The position numbers and the translations under genes are program-made. A stretch of DNA of 64,000 nt, taken from the NCBI RefSeq assembly GCF_000372725.1, contig NW_005201192.1:880758-944757 (forward strand), given 5' to 3'. This stretch comes from Emiliania huxleyi CCMP1516 (Eukaryota). Below, piece by piece: positions 25,210-36,095 of this stretch. How positions within the stretch are numbered: position 1 is the first letter of the stretch; the number at the start of each line of letters is the position of its first letter. Below the pieces are notes generated by a model. That model made no database searches, was not told the origin of the DNA, and worked only from the letters and a program-made list of their open reading frames with translations.

Positions 25210-25255
25210 TAGAGTTATCTGAAGCACCACGAGAACAGAGCTGCTCTCTGGTCCC

Positions 25256-25666
25256 CTAACCTCCGTCCTCCCGTTCACGCACGTGTGACGCAGCGGCCTG
25301 GTCGTCGTGGAGCAGAGACTGCGGTCGGGTGCCCAGTCTGCCCAACGCTGCTGCCTCCATCACCGCCTGCCGCTCGGCGCGCTCCTCCTCCGTGTCCGAG
25401 AAGGAGCAGCCGACGCCAAACTTGTTGAAGCTCCCGCCGGCGTGGCGCAAGGCAGCACTCGGCTCTCGCTGGAAGCGCTCCCACGCCGCCTGCAGCTCGA
25501 GAAACGCAGGCTCCGGGAGGCCCGAGCGGCCGCCTGCAGCGTGTGGCTGGGCGTGGTCCGGGTGCAGCTCTTTAATCCGCTCGTAGTATCGCCGCTTGAC
25601 GGTGTCTGCGCTCGCGGCGCGTGCGAGGCCGAGGAGCTTCCGCAGCTTGGAAGCCGCGTTGCTCAT
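25256..25666 (-). CDS. Small DnaJ (J-domain) protein
   Basis: MSNAASKLRKLLGLARAASADTVKRRYYERIKELHPDH..FLELQAAWERF: J-domain helices with the HPD motif, followed by FNKFGVGCSFSD. Confidence 0.8.
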   Translation of the reverse strand: MSNAASKLRKLLGLARAASADTVKRRYYERIKELHPDHAQPHAAGGRSGLPEPAFLELQAAWERFQREPSAALRHAGGSFNKFGVGCSFSDTEEERAERQAVMEAAALGRLGTRPQSLLHDDQAAASHVREREDGG

Positions 25667-25765
25667 GCGGCAGCAGCAGTGCGGTTCGTGCCTGCAGTGC
25701 GTGCAATGGTTTATCCCACGCCACAAACCCTGAGTGCGCCGACCTGGCGCTGAAGCTCAAGGCGC

Positions 25766-26992
25766 ACTAGTTTCACTCGGATTCACTCCTATGCACCTTC
25801 GGTGAGGGTACATTGGCGCGTAAAAGGAGAGTCACGGAATCGCGCGCGCCTCCACCAGGAAGGGCTACGCAGTATCCCTGACATCCCCTGGGATCCTGCC
25901 ACTGAAGGCGGAGGGTTGGGACTCAAACGGCTTGGGTTGCTACAGGTACGGAGGGGACCTCAACGTCCTGTAGCCGCCCGCGGCGCCGTAAGGGATCGCA
26001 CCTCGGACCAGATAGAGAGAACCACACCCCAAAGCCACCAGAGAGTAGGCAGGATAGGGTGGGTGGGGAGAAGAAAGAACTGATGCAGCCGAAGGGCTGG
26101 CGCAGTAGGAAGGAGAGCCTGGCGCGGCCAAGGACGAGGAGCGGCGTCATGGCCAGGTGAGCAGGAGAGAGCAGCGGAAGCCGCGCTCATCAGAGCAGCG
26201 AGCGGCGGGAGCGCCCGACACGCACGGAAGTTCAAACTTCCGTAAAAGATGAAGTAAAAGATGTCCACGGAGAGTCCGTGAAGGACGCAGAGGCAGAAGA
26301 AGAGGTAGGAGAGGAGAGGGTGAGTCTCCTGCGGGAAACTAGTGGCCTATCACGAGTTAGGGCCCCTACCCCAATCGTTATCGGCGGACTAGTTTCACTC
26401 GGATTCACTCCTATGCACCTTCGGTGAGGGTACATTGGCGCGTAAAAGGAGAGTCACGGAATCGCGCGCGCCTCCACCAGGAAGGGCTACGCAGTATCCC
26501 TGACATCCCAACGCGCAGTGGAGGAGGAGCGAGGGCAGGTGGCCCGGAAAGCCCAATGAACCCCACAGAAGGGGCAACTGGCCGTGGCATGGAGCCACAG
26601 AGGCGACAGCCAAATCACGAGAGGGGTGAGGCCGGTCGCCGAGCGTCCAGAGGCCGCCGGGAATCGAGCCACCACCGTCAAGGCGGCGAGGGAGAAAACA
26701 CCACCCCACACCGCCGTCGAGGCGGCGAGGGAGAAGCCTAGAGAAAGGCGGAGGCAGGAGCCGAGGGAGCCACCGACTCGGGTCTCCAGGTGGACGAGGC
26801 CGCTGTGGCAGGGCCGAGGCGACCGCAGAGCATCGCAGGCAAGCAGATGAGGCCATCGCCCATCGTGCACTGCTGCCAAGGACAGTCGCCAGCAACAGCA
26901 ACAATGGCGCAGACGCACAGATCCTGCACGGAGAAGAAAGAACTGATGCAGCCGAAGGGCTGGCGCAGTAGGAAGGAGAGCCTGGCGCGGCC
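25766..26992 (+). repeat. Interleaved direct repeats A-B-A-B, probable retroelement termini or remnant
   Basis: 122-bp repeat A at 25766-25887 and 26388-26509; 63-bp repeat B at 26067-26129 and 26930-26992, the latter cut by a gap. Confidence 0.7.
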
Positions 26993-27797
26993 NNNNNNNN
27001 NNNNNNNNNNNNNNNNNNNNNNNNNNNNNNNNNNNNNNNNNNNNNNNNNNNNNNNNNNNNNNNNNNNNNNNNNNNNNNNNNNNNNNNNNNNNNNNNNNNN
27101 NNNNNNNNNNNNNNNNNNNNNNNNNNNNNNNNNNNNNNNNNNNNNNNNNNNNNNNNNNNNNNNNNNNNNNNNNNNNNNNNNNNNNNNNNNNCGCCTGTCG
27201 TTCGACTCGGGCGCCTTGGGCGTCGGGGTGGCGAGCAGGGGACGCGGCTCTGAGCGCCCAGCGACGCGTGCCGGATGGAGTCCGGCCGCGGGTGACTAGG
27301 GGAGTTTGCTCAGGATGTGTGGCAGCCACGTTGGCTGAGTGTCTTGTCTTGTGGTTCTGTGTGTCGCTCCTGTGTGACCGTCATCGCTCGTCTAGCGTCC
27401 ACCCATACCGCGTTGGTGTCCCAGTCGTTGGTCGGACTGCGTTTCGCCTTCCCATCAATCAATCACAACACTGGGCACGGGACTGGCGCGCACTGGCACT
27501 AATACAGGTACACCAAAAGAATTTTCTCTCCGTCGCACACAACCCCGTCTCCCATCCCTCACTTAGTTGTCTGTTTTCTTTCTTTCTTTCTTTACAACCC
27601 CGAGGAGTCATGCACACAGCCCACCTGTGTGATGCACGCCCTGCGAGCAGGGCGGGGTGCGCACTGTGCCTCTGTGTTCGTGCACCGCCCATCTCCACAG
27701 GCGTCTGAGACGCCTGCTCTGGATTGTGAGGTTTTGGTGTGTTCGTATCCAGTCCGAGCCGCCTCGCTGACTATTCTTCACCTTCCTAACTTTGTAC

Positions 27798-30529
27798 CTA
27801 ACTAGGTTTTGCAGGTCTGTCACAGATCGAGCGCAAAGAAATGCCCGCCATTTGGCGCACCCTCAAACGGGTAGCTGGCTGCGCCACAGCAGCTTCCGGC
27901 TCACCGAAGCGTGAGAAGGCAAACTGCGTGGAATATGGGGAAGGCATCTCGTACATTGCGGCCTCCCCCTCGATCGCGCCCTCTGCCATGGCCGAGGTTG
28001 TGAACTCGCCCGCCTTGGGGTACTCGTCTCGCAGGCCGTACCTTGGTTCTGCTGATGCAAAGGACTGCCCGATGATTCCGTGCGCGAGTGATCGCACGGG
28101 GGCGTCGCCCCTCGCACTGAAGCTGACATCAATGCGGTGTTTGGGCCCCGAGATCCAGTTGTAAACATGGTTGCCCCGTGCAGTGACCGTCCAGTTGCCA
28201 AGGGTAAAGGTGGCCGTGGAGAACGTCATTTCAACGCTAAGACGGTCACACTGCTTCCTTCCCCACTTGCCGATCTTAAAGTAGTGGCGCTTGCAGGTCC
28301 CGTTGACAACATTCCAACCCCAATTCTCCGGGTTCAGCTCCTCAGCCCAAAAGGAGGCGAGCGCAAGGGCCGTGCTGCTAGTGGAGCGGGCGACCACGTG
28401 AACCTCGGTCAGAAAGCTCCCGTGGACTAAAAGCTTGCCACCGTGGAGCCAAAAGGACGCATCTTGGGTCTTGACGTTCACCGCCAGATAAGGGCCAGAG
28501 TAGAAGGCATAGTACACACCATTACGACCCCTGAAATCAGCCTGGCCCCCATGCGCGAAGTGTAAATGAGGGTCCTGCCGAACAGAGGCAGACGGCGGCG
28601 GGGATACGCACGCGGCGGCGACGGCCACGTTGATGGCCGACAGGTCCGTGACGGTGATGGTGCACGACGCGGAGTTGGTGGACCTGGACTGGAAGCCAGC
28701 GTTCACGGTGCCCGTCACACTCACCGTGTCCGTCGCCGAGACGCGGACGTTGACGGCGTTGGCGGGGACGGTCACTTGAAAGTAGCCGACCCCGCCGCCC
28801 TCGAAGCCCAGGTTCTGGCTCGAGCTGCACGTCGAGGTCGCCGTCATTGAGACGGTGTACTCGTCGCCGATCGACCAGTAGGACGCCAGCTCTGACAGGT
28901 CCGGGGTGAGGTCTTCATACAGCCCCCACGTGCCGCTGATGCTCGCGCTGGTGTACGCGGCGCCGGTGGCGCCCCACACCTCTCCGCAGACAGGCGGCGG
29001 CGCCGGAGGCGGCGGCTGCGCCGGCGGGGCTGACGGCGGCGGGGATACGCACGCGGCGGCGACGGCCACGTTGATGGCCGACAGGTCCGTGACGGTGATG
29101 GTGCACGACGCGGAGTTGGTGGACCTGGACTGGAAGCCAGCGTTCACGGTGCCCGTCACACTCACCGTGTCCGTCGCCGAGACGCGGACGTTGACGGCGT
29201 TGGCGGGGACGGTCACTTGAAAGTAGCCGACCCCGCCGCCCTCGAAGCCCAGGTTCTGGCTCGAGCTGCACGTCGAGGTCGCCGTCATTGAGACTGTGTA
29301 CTCGTCGCCGATCGACCAGTAGGACGCCAGCTCTGACAGGTCCGGGGTGAGGTCGTCGTACAGCCCCCACGTGCCGCTGATGCTCGCGCTGGTGTACGCG
29401 GCGCCGACGGTGGCGCCCCACACCTCTCCGCAGACAGGCGGCGGCGCCGGAGGCGGCGGCTGCGGCGGCGGGGCTGACGGCGGCGGGGATACGCACGCGG
29501 CGGCGACGGCCACGTTGATGGCCGACATGTCCGTGACGGTGATGGTGCACGACGCGGAGTTGGTGGACCTGGACTGGAAGCCAGCGTTCACGGTGCCCGT
29601 CACACTCACCGTGTCCGTCGCCGAGACGCGGACGTTGACGGCGTTGGCGGGGACGGTCACTTGAAAGTAGCCGACCCCGCCGCCCTCGAAGCCCAGGTTC
29701 TGGCTCGAGCTGCACGTCGAGGTCGCCGTCATTGAGACGGTGTACTCGTCGCCGATCGACCAGTAGGACGCCAGCTCTGACAGGTCCGGGGTGAGGTCTT
29801 CATACAGCCCCCACGTGCCGCTGATGCTCGCGCTGGTGTACGCGGCGCCGGTGGCGCCCCACACCTCTCCGCAGACAGGCGGCGGCGCCGGAGGCGGCGG
29901 CTGCGCCGGCGGGGCTGACGGCGGCGGGGATACGCACGCGGCGGCGACGGCCACGTTGATGGCCGACAGGTCCGTGACGGTGATGGTGCACGACGCGGAG
30001 TTGGTGGACCTGGACTGGAAGCCAGCGTTCACGGTGCCCGTCACACTCACCGTGTCCGTCGCCGAGACGCGGACGTTGACGGCGTTGGCGGGGACGGTCA
30101 CTTGAAAGTAGCCGACCCCGCCGCCCTCGAAGCCCAGGTTCTGGCTCGAGCTGCACGTCGAGGTCGCCGTCATTGAGACGGTGTACTCGTCGCCGATCGA
30201 CCAGTAGGACGCCAGCTCTGACAGGTCCGGGGTGAGGTCTTCATACAGCCCCCACGTGCCGCTGATGCTCGCGCTGGTGTACGCGGCGCCGGTGGCGCCC
30301 CACACCTCTCCGCAGACAGGCGGCGGCGCCGGAGGCGGCGGCTGCGGCGGCGGGGCTGACGGCGGCGGGGATACGCACGCGGCGGCGACGGCCACGTTGA
30401 TGGCCGACAGGTCCGTGACGGTGATGGTGCACGACGCGGAGTTGGTGGACCTGGACTGGAAGCCAGCGTTCACGGTGCCCGTCACACTCACCGTGTCCGT
30501 CGCCGAGACGCGGACGTTGACGGCGTTGG
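27798..30529 (-). CDS. Extracellular-type protein with tandem 147-aa beta-rich repeats, Ser/Pro-rich linkers and a C-terminal DPH-initiated VWD-like domain; 5' end in the gap
   Basis: ORF 27798..30668 has about 4.4 copies of [52 protein letters not shown] (441-bp period, one of 444). These are followed by DPHLHFAHGGQADFRGRNGVYY..HGIIGQSF..EGAIEG. Confidence 0.75.
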
Positions 30530-30858
30530 NNNNNNNNNNNNNNNNNNNNNNNNNNNNNNNNNNNNNNNNNNNNNNNNNNNNNNNNNNNNNNNNNNNNNNN
30601 NNNNNNNNNNNNNNNNNNNNNNNNNNNNNTTCCGCGCCCCCCCCGCAAGGCGCGCGATACACACACAAGCTGACTGAGTGAGCAGCTGCCCCTGCTCCTT
30701 CTCGGCTTGGCCTCGGCCTACCTGCACCGCAACCGCGCGAATCCAGTCACCTATATAATAAAAAGAAAACCAACGAAAGAAGGGAGACGCACTTCGACGG
30801 TTCCGGCGCTCATGGAAATTCCAATCGAGAGCTCGCTTTGTCACGCTACGACCGACCG

Positions 30859-33082
30859 ATGGCCCTGCTGCTGCTCCGCCTCTCGGCCCAGTCCTTCAAC
30901 CAAGGCGACACCGGCGGCTTCGTCGCGTCGTGGCCCCAGCTCATCGCCGACTCCTACTCGGCGCCGCTGCCCGCCGCTCTCGAGCAGCAGTGCAAGGGCA
31001 AAACAGGCGCTGCAAGCTTGTCGACGGTCAGGCTCTCGAGCAGCTCTGGCGCAGCGGCGGCGCAGGCGGCCTGTGGCTCGCAAAGCCACTGCGTCGTCCC
31101 GCCGGGAGTCACGCTGACGATGGATGGCTCTCTCGACGTGGGTGCGCTGACCGTCCAAGGCACGCTGCTGTGGTCCGATACGAGCCAATCGGCGGCGGAG
31201 CAGTGGCTCTGTGCAGGTTTCGTCGCCGTCGAGACGCGCGGCGTCTTTGAGCTCGACGTGACACGCGGCAATGCCTTCATCTTCATCAAAGACAACGGCG
31301 CGGCGCATCCTGACCTCGGCGTCCGCTCGTTCGGCGGGTCTGGCGTGCCCGGGCTTCCTTGCCTGGACGCTGCCGGTTGCGGCGACGGCGGGCCGCGGGT
31401 AGTTGTGCGCGGCCGTGCGCTGCCACGCACCTGGTCCCTTTTGTCCTCGCCCCTCCCCGCTGGGTCGGCCGTGATGCGCCTGCTGCATGACCCAGAGGCA
31501 ATGGGGTGGCGGCTCGGCGACAGAGTCATGCTCGCGCCGACGGCACGGCGCAGCTCCGCGGGAACCGCTGACGCCACGTACATCACCGCGTTCGCGCCCG
31601 ACAACGGCGTCGTCCTGGCTGCCCCGGTGCGAGAGTCGTATGCCGCCGATCTGAGCACAGCCGGAGCCGCCCTGTCCGCCGAGGTCATCATGCTGAGCCG
31701 CTCCGTGGTGCTGACAGGGGACGACTTCCGAGAGTCCTCCCCCTGCCCCAGCGGAGCCAACCCGGGTGTGCCGAGCTGCACCCTCGGGCTGCATACGGCC
31801 ATGCGCCATAGCGGGGTGATGCAGATGGAGTACACTCGCGTCGAGAAGTGCGGCCAGCGCGGCCTCCTCGGCAAGTACTGCCTTCACCTGCACATGCTCG
31901 GCGCTTGCCCAGCCTGCCTCTTCAAGGGCAACGCCGTGGAGTTTGGAGTGCAGCGCGGCCTCATCGTCCACGGAACGCACCTCTCGACGTCGAGCGAGAA
32001 CGTCCTGGCCGACGTTCGAGGCGCGGGTATCTATCTCGAAGACGGCAACGAATGGGGCAACGCCGTGAGCTACAATGTCGTCATCTGCCCCTGGTCGAAG
32101 AACTCAGTCAAGCAGGGTTGCACCGTGCCCGGCACCGACAACGGGGCGGGAGCAGACACGGACGGGAACCAGGCGGGCCTCTGGGCGCTGGGTAGCGCCA
32201 ACCACCTCATCGGAAACCGCCTCGCCAACGCGTACAACGGCTTCTTCATCCAAGCGCAGTTTGCGTTCCAGGGCCGCGGCGCGGCGCAAGGCCGGCTCTG
32301 TCTTCCCGCGCAGCCCTTCGGCCGGATCGAGGGCAACACTTGCCACGGGTCCTTCCGCTTCGGGTTTTACATCGGAGGCCCCAACTTCCCGCGACACACC
32401 GACGAGAGTCCCGCGACCAACGGGCTGGTCGTCGACCGGAGCAGCTGCGTTCCGTTCGATTCGGCGACAGGCAGCGACCGAGGGATGCCCACGCGAGTCG
32501 TGCGCAACGTCGACTGGGCCAACGCCTTCGTCGGCACGTACAACATGGGAGACGTGCAGTTCGAGGACCACGTTAGCGTCGACAACCAAGAGGCGATCTA
32601 CTGGAAAGAGACCAAGAGCTTCGCTGATGGCTGTGCCGCGCACGTCAAGGGCGGCACCTTTGTCGGAGGAAACATGGCGCTCCCGGATGGGACGGCCTTC
32701 ATCATTGAGGAGGCCGCGTTTCGAGGAGACCTACGCTTCGAAGCCAACCACCACTGCGGCGAGAATGGCAACACGGGGGCCCTCTGCTCGCCGACGTACA
32801 TCTTCCACAAAGTCTCCTGGCAAGTGACTAGCAACCGTTGGCTGTACTTCCGCCCTGGCAACCAGTTTGGCGGCGTCTTTGCGCTCTCGCCTCCTGAGGC
32901 GGCGACCGGCAACCCAACCGGCAACATCTTCCCCCCTGGGTATGTCGCGCTGGCTTCCGCCACCTTCTCATACCTCCTCTCTGTTGACGGCGGCACCTCT
33001 TGCGCGACCGCCGCCTCCCTCGGGGTTCCTTCGCGGTACGACAATGGCGGCAACATCCTGTGCAAGCGCACCCTCCGATCGG
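30859..33082 (+). CDS. G8-domain + parallel beta-helix protein (CEMIP/TMEM2/fibrocystin-like); 3' part runs into a gap
   Basis: Short hydrophobic N-terminus; G8-like VPPGVTLTMDGSLDVGALTVQGTLLW; WSLL..GWRLGDRVMLAPT; AEVIMLSRSVVLTGD; EKCGQRGLLGKYCLHLH; GLIVHGTH; GIYLEDGNEWGN; AGLWA..NHLIGNRLAN. Confidence 0.82.
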
Positions 33083-33182
33083 NNNNNNNNNNNNNNNNNN
33101 NNNNNNNNNNNNNNNNNNNNNNNNNNNNNNNNNNNNNNNNNNNNNNNNNNNNNNNNNNNNNNNNNNNNNNNNNNNNNNNNNN

Positions 33183-34742
33183 TCCACGAACGGCTTCCCC
33201 GCTTGCGGCGGCGACCCCTCAGTCCACGACACGCTCCCCTCGTGGGAACACCCCGACCCAAACGCGTACGCCGACCCCGTCATGCATGAGGAGTGGTGGG
33301 GCCTACTCACTGTCGGGCGGGAGAAGAAGCTCGCGTACGACACGTTCGCCAGCATCGAGAGCCCGGCGACTGGCGGGCTATCGCCAAGCCCCTCGACCGC
33401 CCCTCCGCCCTCCGCAGCCCCCCCGGGCGCTTGCTCCATCGCCGGTTCGGACCGCTACGCACCCAACCTCGGAGGATGCTGCGCCGGGCTCTTAGTGTGC
33501 GTCGAGTCGAGACAAGGCTTGCCCGACTACTGCGCCATCGGATCTCCGGGCTTCGGAAGCAGTTGCTGGGCCGACATTCACATCTGCCACCAAGGCTGCG
33601 GCCCGACCGGCGCACCACCCCCGCCTTCGATGTCGTCGTCGCCCCCGCCCTCGTCAAAGCCGAGCCCAGCACCGACATCAGTACCCCCGCCGCCGCCGCC
33701 GCCGCCGCCGTCACGGTCACCGCCGCCGCCACCGCTGCCGCTGTCGCCCGCGCCCTTGGTATGGCCGCCGCCATCGCCATCGTCGGCGCCCGAATGCGCG
33801 GCGAGGTGCGCCGACACCCACTGCAACGCTGCAAACGGATACCCCTACTGCTGCGGTGACAACGGGAACTGCTACAACAGCGCGGCGCAGGTCTCGTCTT
33901 CGGGCTGCGCGGTCCCCTGCGGGCCCTACCCTAACTCGTCGCCAGAGCCTGCGTCCTCACCGCCGCCATCGGCATCGCCGCAATCGGCACCGCCGCCATC
34001 GCCATCACCGCGGTCGGCACCACCGCCTTCGGATGGAGCGCCACCGCCCTCACCGCCATCGCCTGTGACAATGCCAACGCCCTCGCCGTCTACGGCGCCC
34101 GAATGCGCGGCGAGGTGCGCCGACACCCACTGCAACGCTGCAAACGGATACCCTTACTGCTGCGGTGACAACGGGAACTGCTACAACAGCGCGGCGCAGG
34201 TCTCGTCTTCGGGTTGCGCGGTCCCCTGCGGGCCCTATCCTAATACCACCGGGCTCTCTCCGCCCTCCCTCCTCTTTCCGCCGGCGCCAGCACCGGCGGG
34301 CCAGTCGCCGGCGCCAGCGCCAGCTGGCTTGGAGCAGTCCGAGTGCGAGGCGACGTGCGCCAACACCCACTGCCACGAGGGCAACGGCTACCCGTACTGC
34401 TGCGGCGATCAGGGCAACTGCTACAGCTCCGAGGTGCAGAGTCGAGGCGAGCTCCCCCCTCGCGCATCGCCCTCGAGGGAGTCGCTGCAACCCTCAATAG
34501 GAGCAACTGGCTGCGTCGGGCTGCTCCGCGATGTGTGGCCCGTACCCTCGCCCTCCACAAAAGTGTGTGACCCGAGCAGGGCCAACGCCTCCCCGCATTC
34601 ACTCGACTCATCACCGATGGTTGTACATGGTAGGAGCTTTAGCTTTGGCGACGGCCTCGGCATCGAGATGGCAGGAGACGGCTTGCAGCGAGTGCGACGA
34701 CGGGCGAAGCAAGCCGCCTCCTCACGTCGCGCGCTCTCCTGA
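33183..34742 (+). CDS. C-terminal coding segment: end of a putative glycoside-hydrolase barrel, Pro/Ser-rich linkers and three Cys-rich modules; possibly the continuation of the G8 gene
   Basis: HEEWWGLLTVGREKKLAY resembles the last strand/helix of clan-A GH barrels. Two copies of ECAARCADTHCNAANGYPYCCGDNGNCYNS plus a third variant. The 3' end is probably spliced, so the end coordinate is approximate. Confidence 0.55.
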   Translation, partial: STNGFPACGGDPSVHDTLPSWEHPDPNAYADPVMHEEWWGLLTVGREKKLAYDTFASIESPATGGLSPSPSTAPPPSAAPPGACSIAGSDRYAPNLGGCCAGLLVCVESRQGLPDYCAIGSPGFGSSCWADIHICHQGCGPTGAPPPPSMSSSPPPSSKPSPAPTSVPPPPPPPPPSRSPPPPPLPLSPAPLVWPPPSPSSAPECAARCADTHCNAANGYPYCCGDNGNCYNSAAQVSSSGCAVPCGPYPNSSPEPASSPPPSASPQSAPPPSPSPRSAPPPSDGAPPPSPPSPVTMPTPSPSTAPECAARCADTHCNAANGYPYCCGDNGNCYNSAAQVSSSGCAVPCGPYPNTTGLSPPSLLFPPAPAPAGQSPAPAPAGLEQSECEATCANTHCHEGNGYPYCCGDQGNCYSSEVQSRGELPPRASPSRESLQPSIGATGCVGLLRDVWPVPSPSTKVCDPSRANASPHSLDSSPMVVHGRSFSFGDGLGIEMAGDGLQRVRRRAKQAASSRRALS

Positions 34743-35339
34743 GCCTTAGGCATCTGGCTTGAGCGCCTCTTTCAGACGACGCAGACGCGTGACCGCGTGC
34801 GGGCGCAGACGCGTGAGCGCCTCGTTCGGACGGCCCATTCGCAAGACGCGTACGACGACGCAGCGTGACCCTGTGACAGGCCGACCATGTCAATGTGCAT
34901 TCGCTCAGATCACAGGTTAATTACTTCGGGCGATCTCCGCCGCGACGAGCACTATCCTTCTCGATGGCGTCGACCCGGTGACTTCCCGCAGCCGCTCAGT
35001 CCGAGACCACGAGATGGACCGCGCCTCCACGGCGGCCAGTATATCTTGCGCAGGCACGTTGCATGCCGGCAGTCACGCGGGCCCCATGGCCATGCGTGCG
35101 CGAGCTAGACCGAGAGAGTGAGAGGGATCAACTCCGCCATCTCGTCGAGAGCAGACTCCCCCCTAAGCCCTGTCCACTACCGACGCCTGTGTGAGCTCCT
35201 GTCCACTACACGCCCCGTGGCCCGAGTGCAGTAACCAGTCAGTGTAAGGTGTAACACTAATTGAATCAGAGAATTCAGAGAATTGTTTTTGAGAGCGCGT
35301 TCGTTGTTAATAAGAAACAGGAGGGGTCCCTTGTCGCAG

Positions 35340-35340
<1 letters not shown>

Positions 35341-35423
<83 letters not shown>
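35341..35423. repeat. (CA)n microsatellite
   Basis: Seen directly. Confidence 0.95.
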
Positions 35424-35424
<1 letters not shown>

Positions 35425-35578
35425 GCACCGCACCGCGCGCACGCCCACCGCCCCGCCTAGGTGGGAAAGAGATGAGGAGATGGGACAGACAGCGAAGCCC
35501 ATGCCGTGTTCGTTCGCCCAGCGTGTCGTCGTTTGGTCTCTGCGCCCCCGCCGTGTTCGCGATGCCCGTGTTTTCACC

Positions 35579-35774
35579 CACTTGGAGCACTTGGAGTGCA
35601 GTTATCAGCCTCACATCCAGGGCCAGGGAGCTAAGAAGCGCACCCAGCAGGCCGGATGATCGGGATCGGGTTGCGGGCAAGAGAGCCCTAGCCCAGGGGG
35701 TGCGCGTTCGCAGGGAAGGGCACTTGGAGCACTTGGAGTGCGGTCATCAACCTCACATCCAGGGCCGGGGAGCT
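35579..35774 (+). repeat. ~142-bp dispersed repeat unit with a partial tandem copy; a diverged copy lies at 59320-59480
   Basis: CACTTGGAGCACTTGGAGTGC..CCTCACATCCAGGGCC..AGAAGCGCA.CCAGC.GGCCGGATGATCGG..AGAGAGCCCT..TTCGCAGGG is shared by both sites. Confidence 0.8.
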
Positions 35775-36095
35775 GCGGTGCCCGTGTGTCGTGAGAGTTG
35801 CATCGTGTGTGTGTATGTCGTATGTGTGTGGACTTATAGTTGTGTATTGACGGCCTCTATCCATGATTAGTAGACCGTACTCGGGTTTGGATGGTAGCGG
35901 GGGGCCCCGCCGGAGGCTGGTTAGTGATTTATTCTTCACTACCCTGAACGCCTTGCCTTCATCATGGTTGCAACTGACTGAAAAAACCTCAAACAAAGCC
36001 CTGGGAGCCCTCCGCCTACTGTAGATATTTCACGTTGTAGAGCGCCTCTACTATAACGGAGGCAGTTCGTCACGCGGCGGATATGTATGACGTAG

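Noticed and set aside
30841..32195. Long antisense and alternate-frame ORFs over the G8 gene (and similar ones over other genes)
   Set aside because: Expected from stop-codon scarcity in high-GC coding DNA; no motifs.
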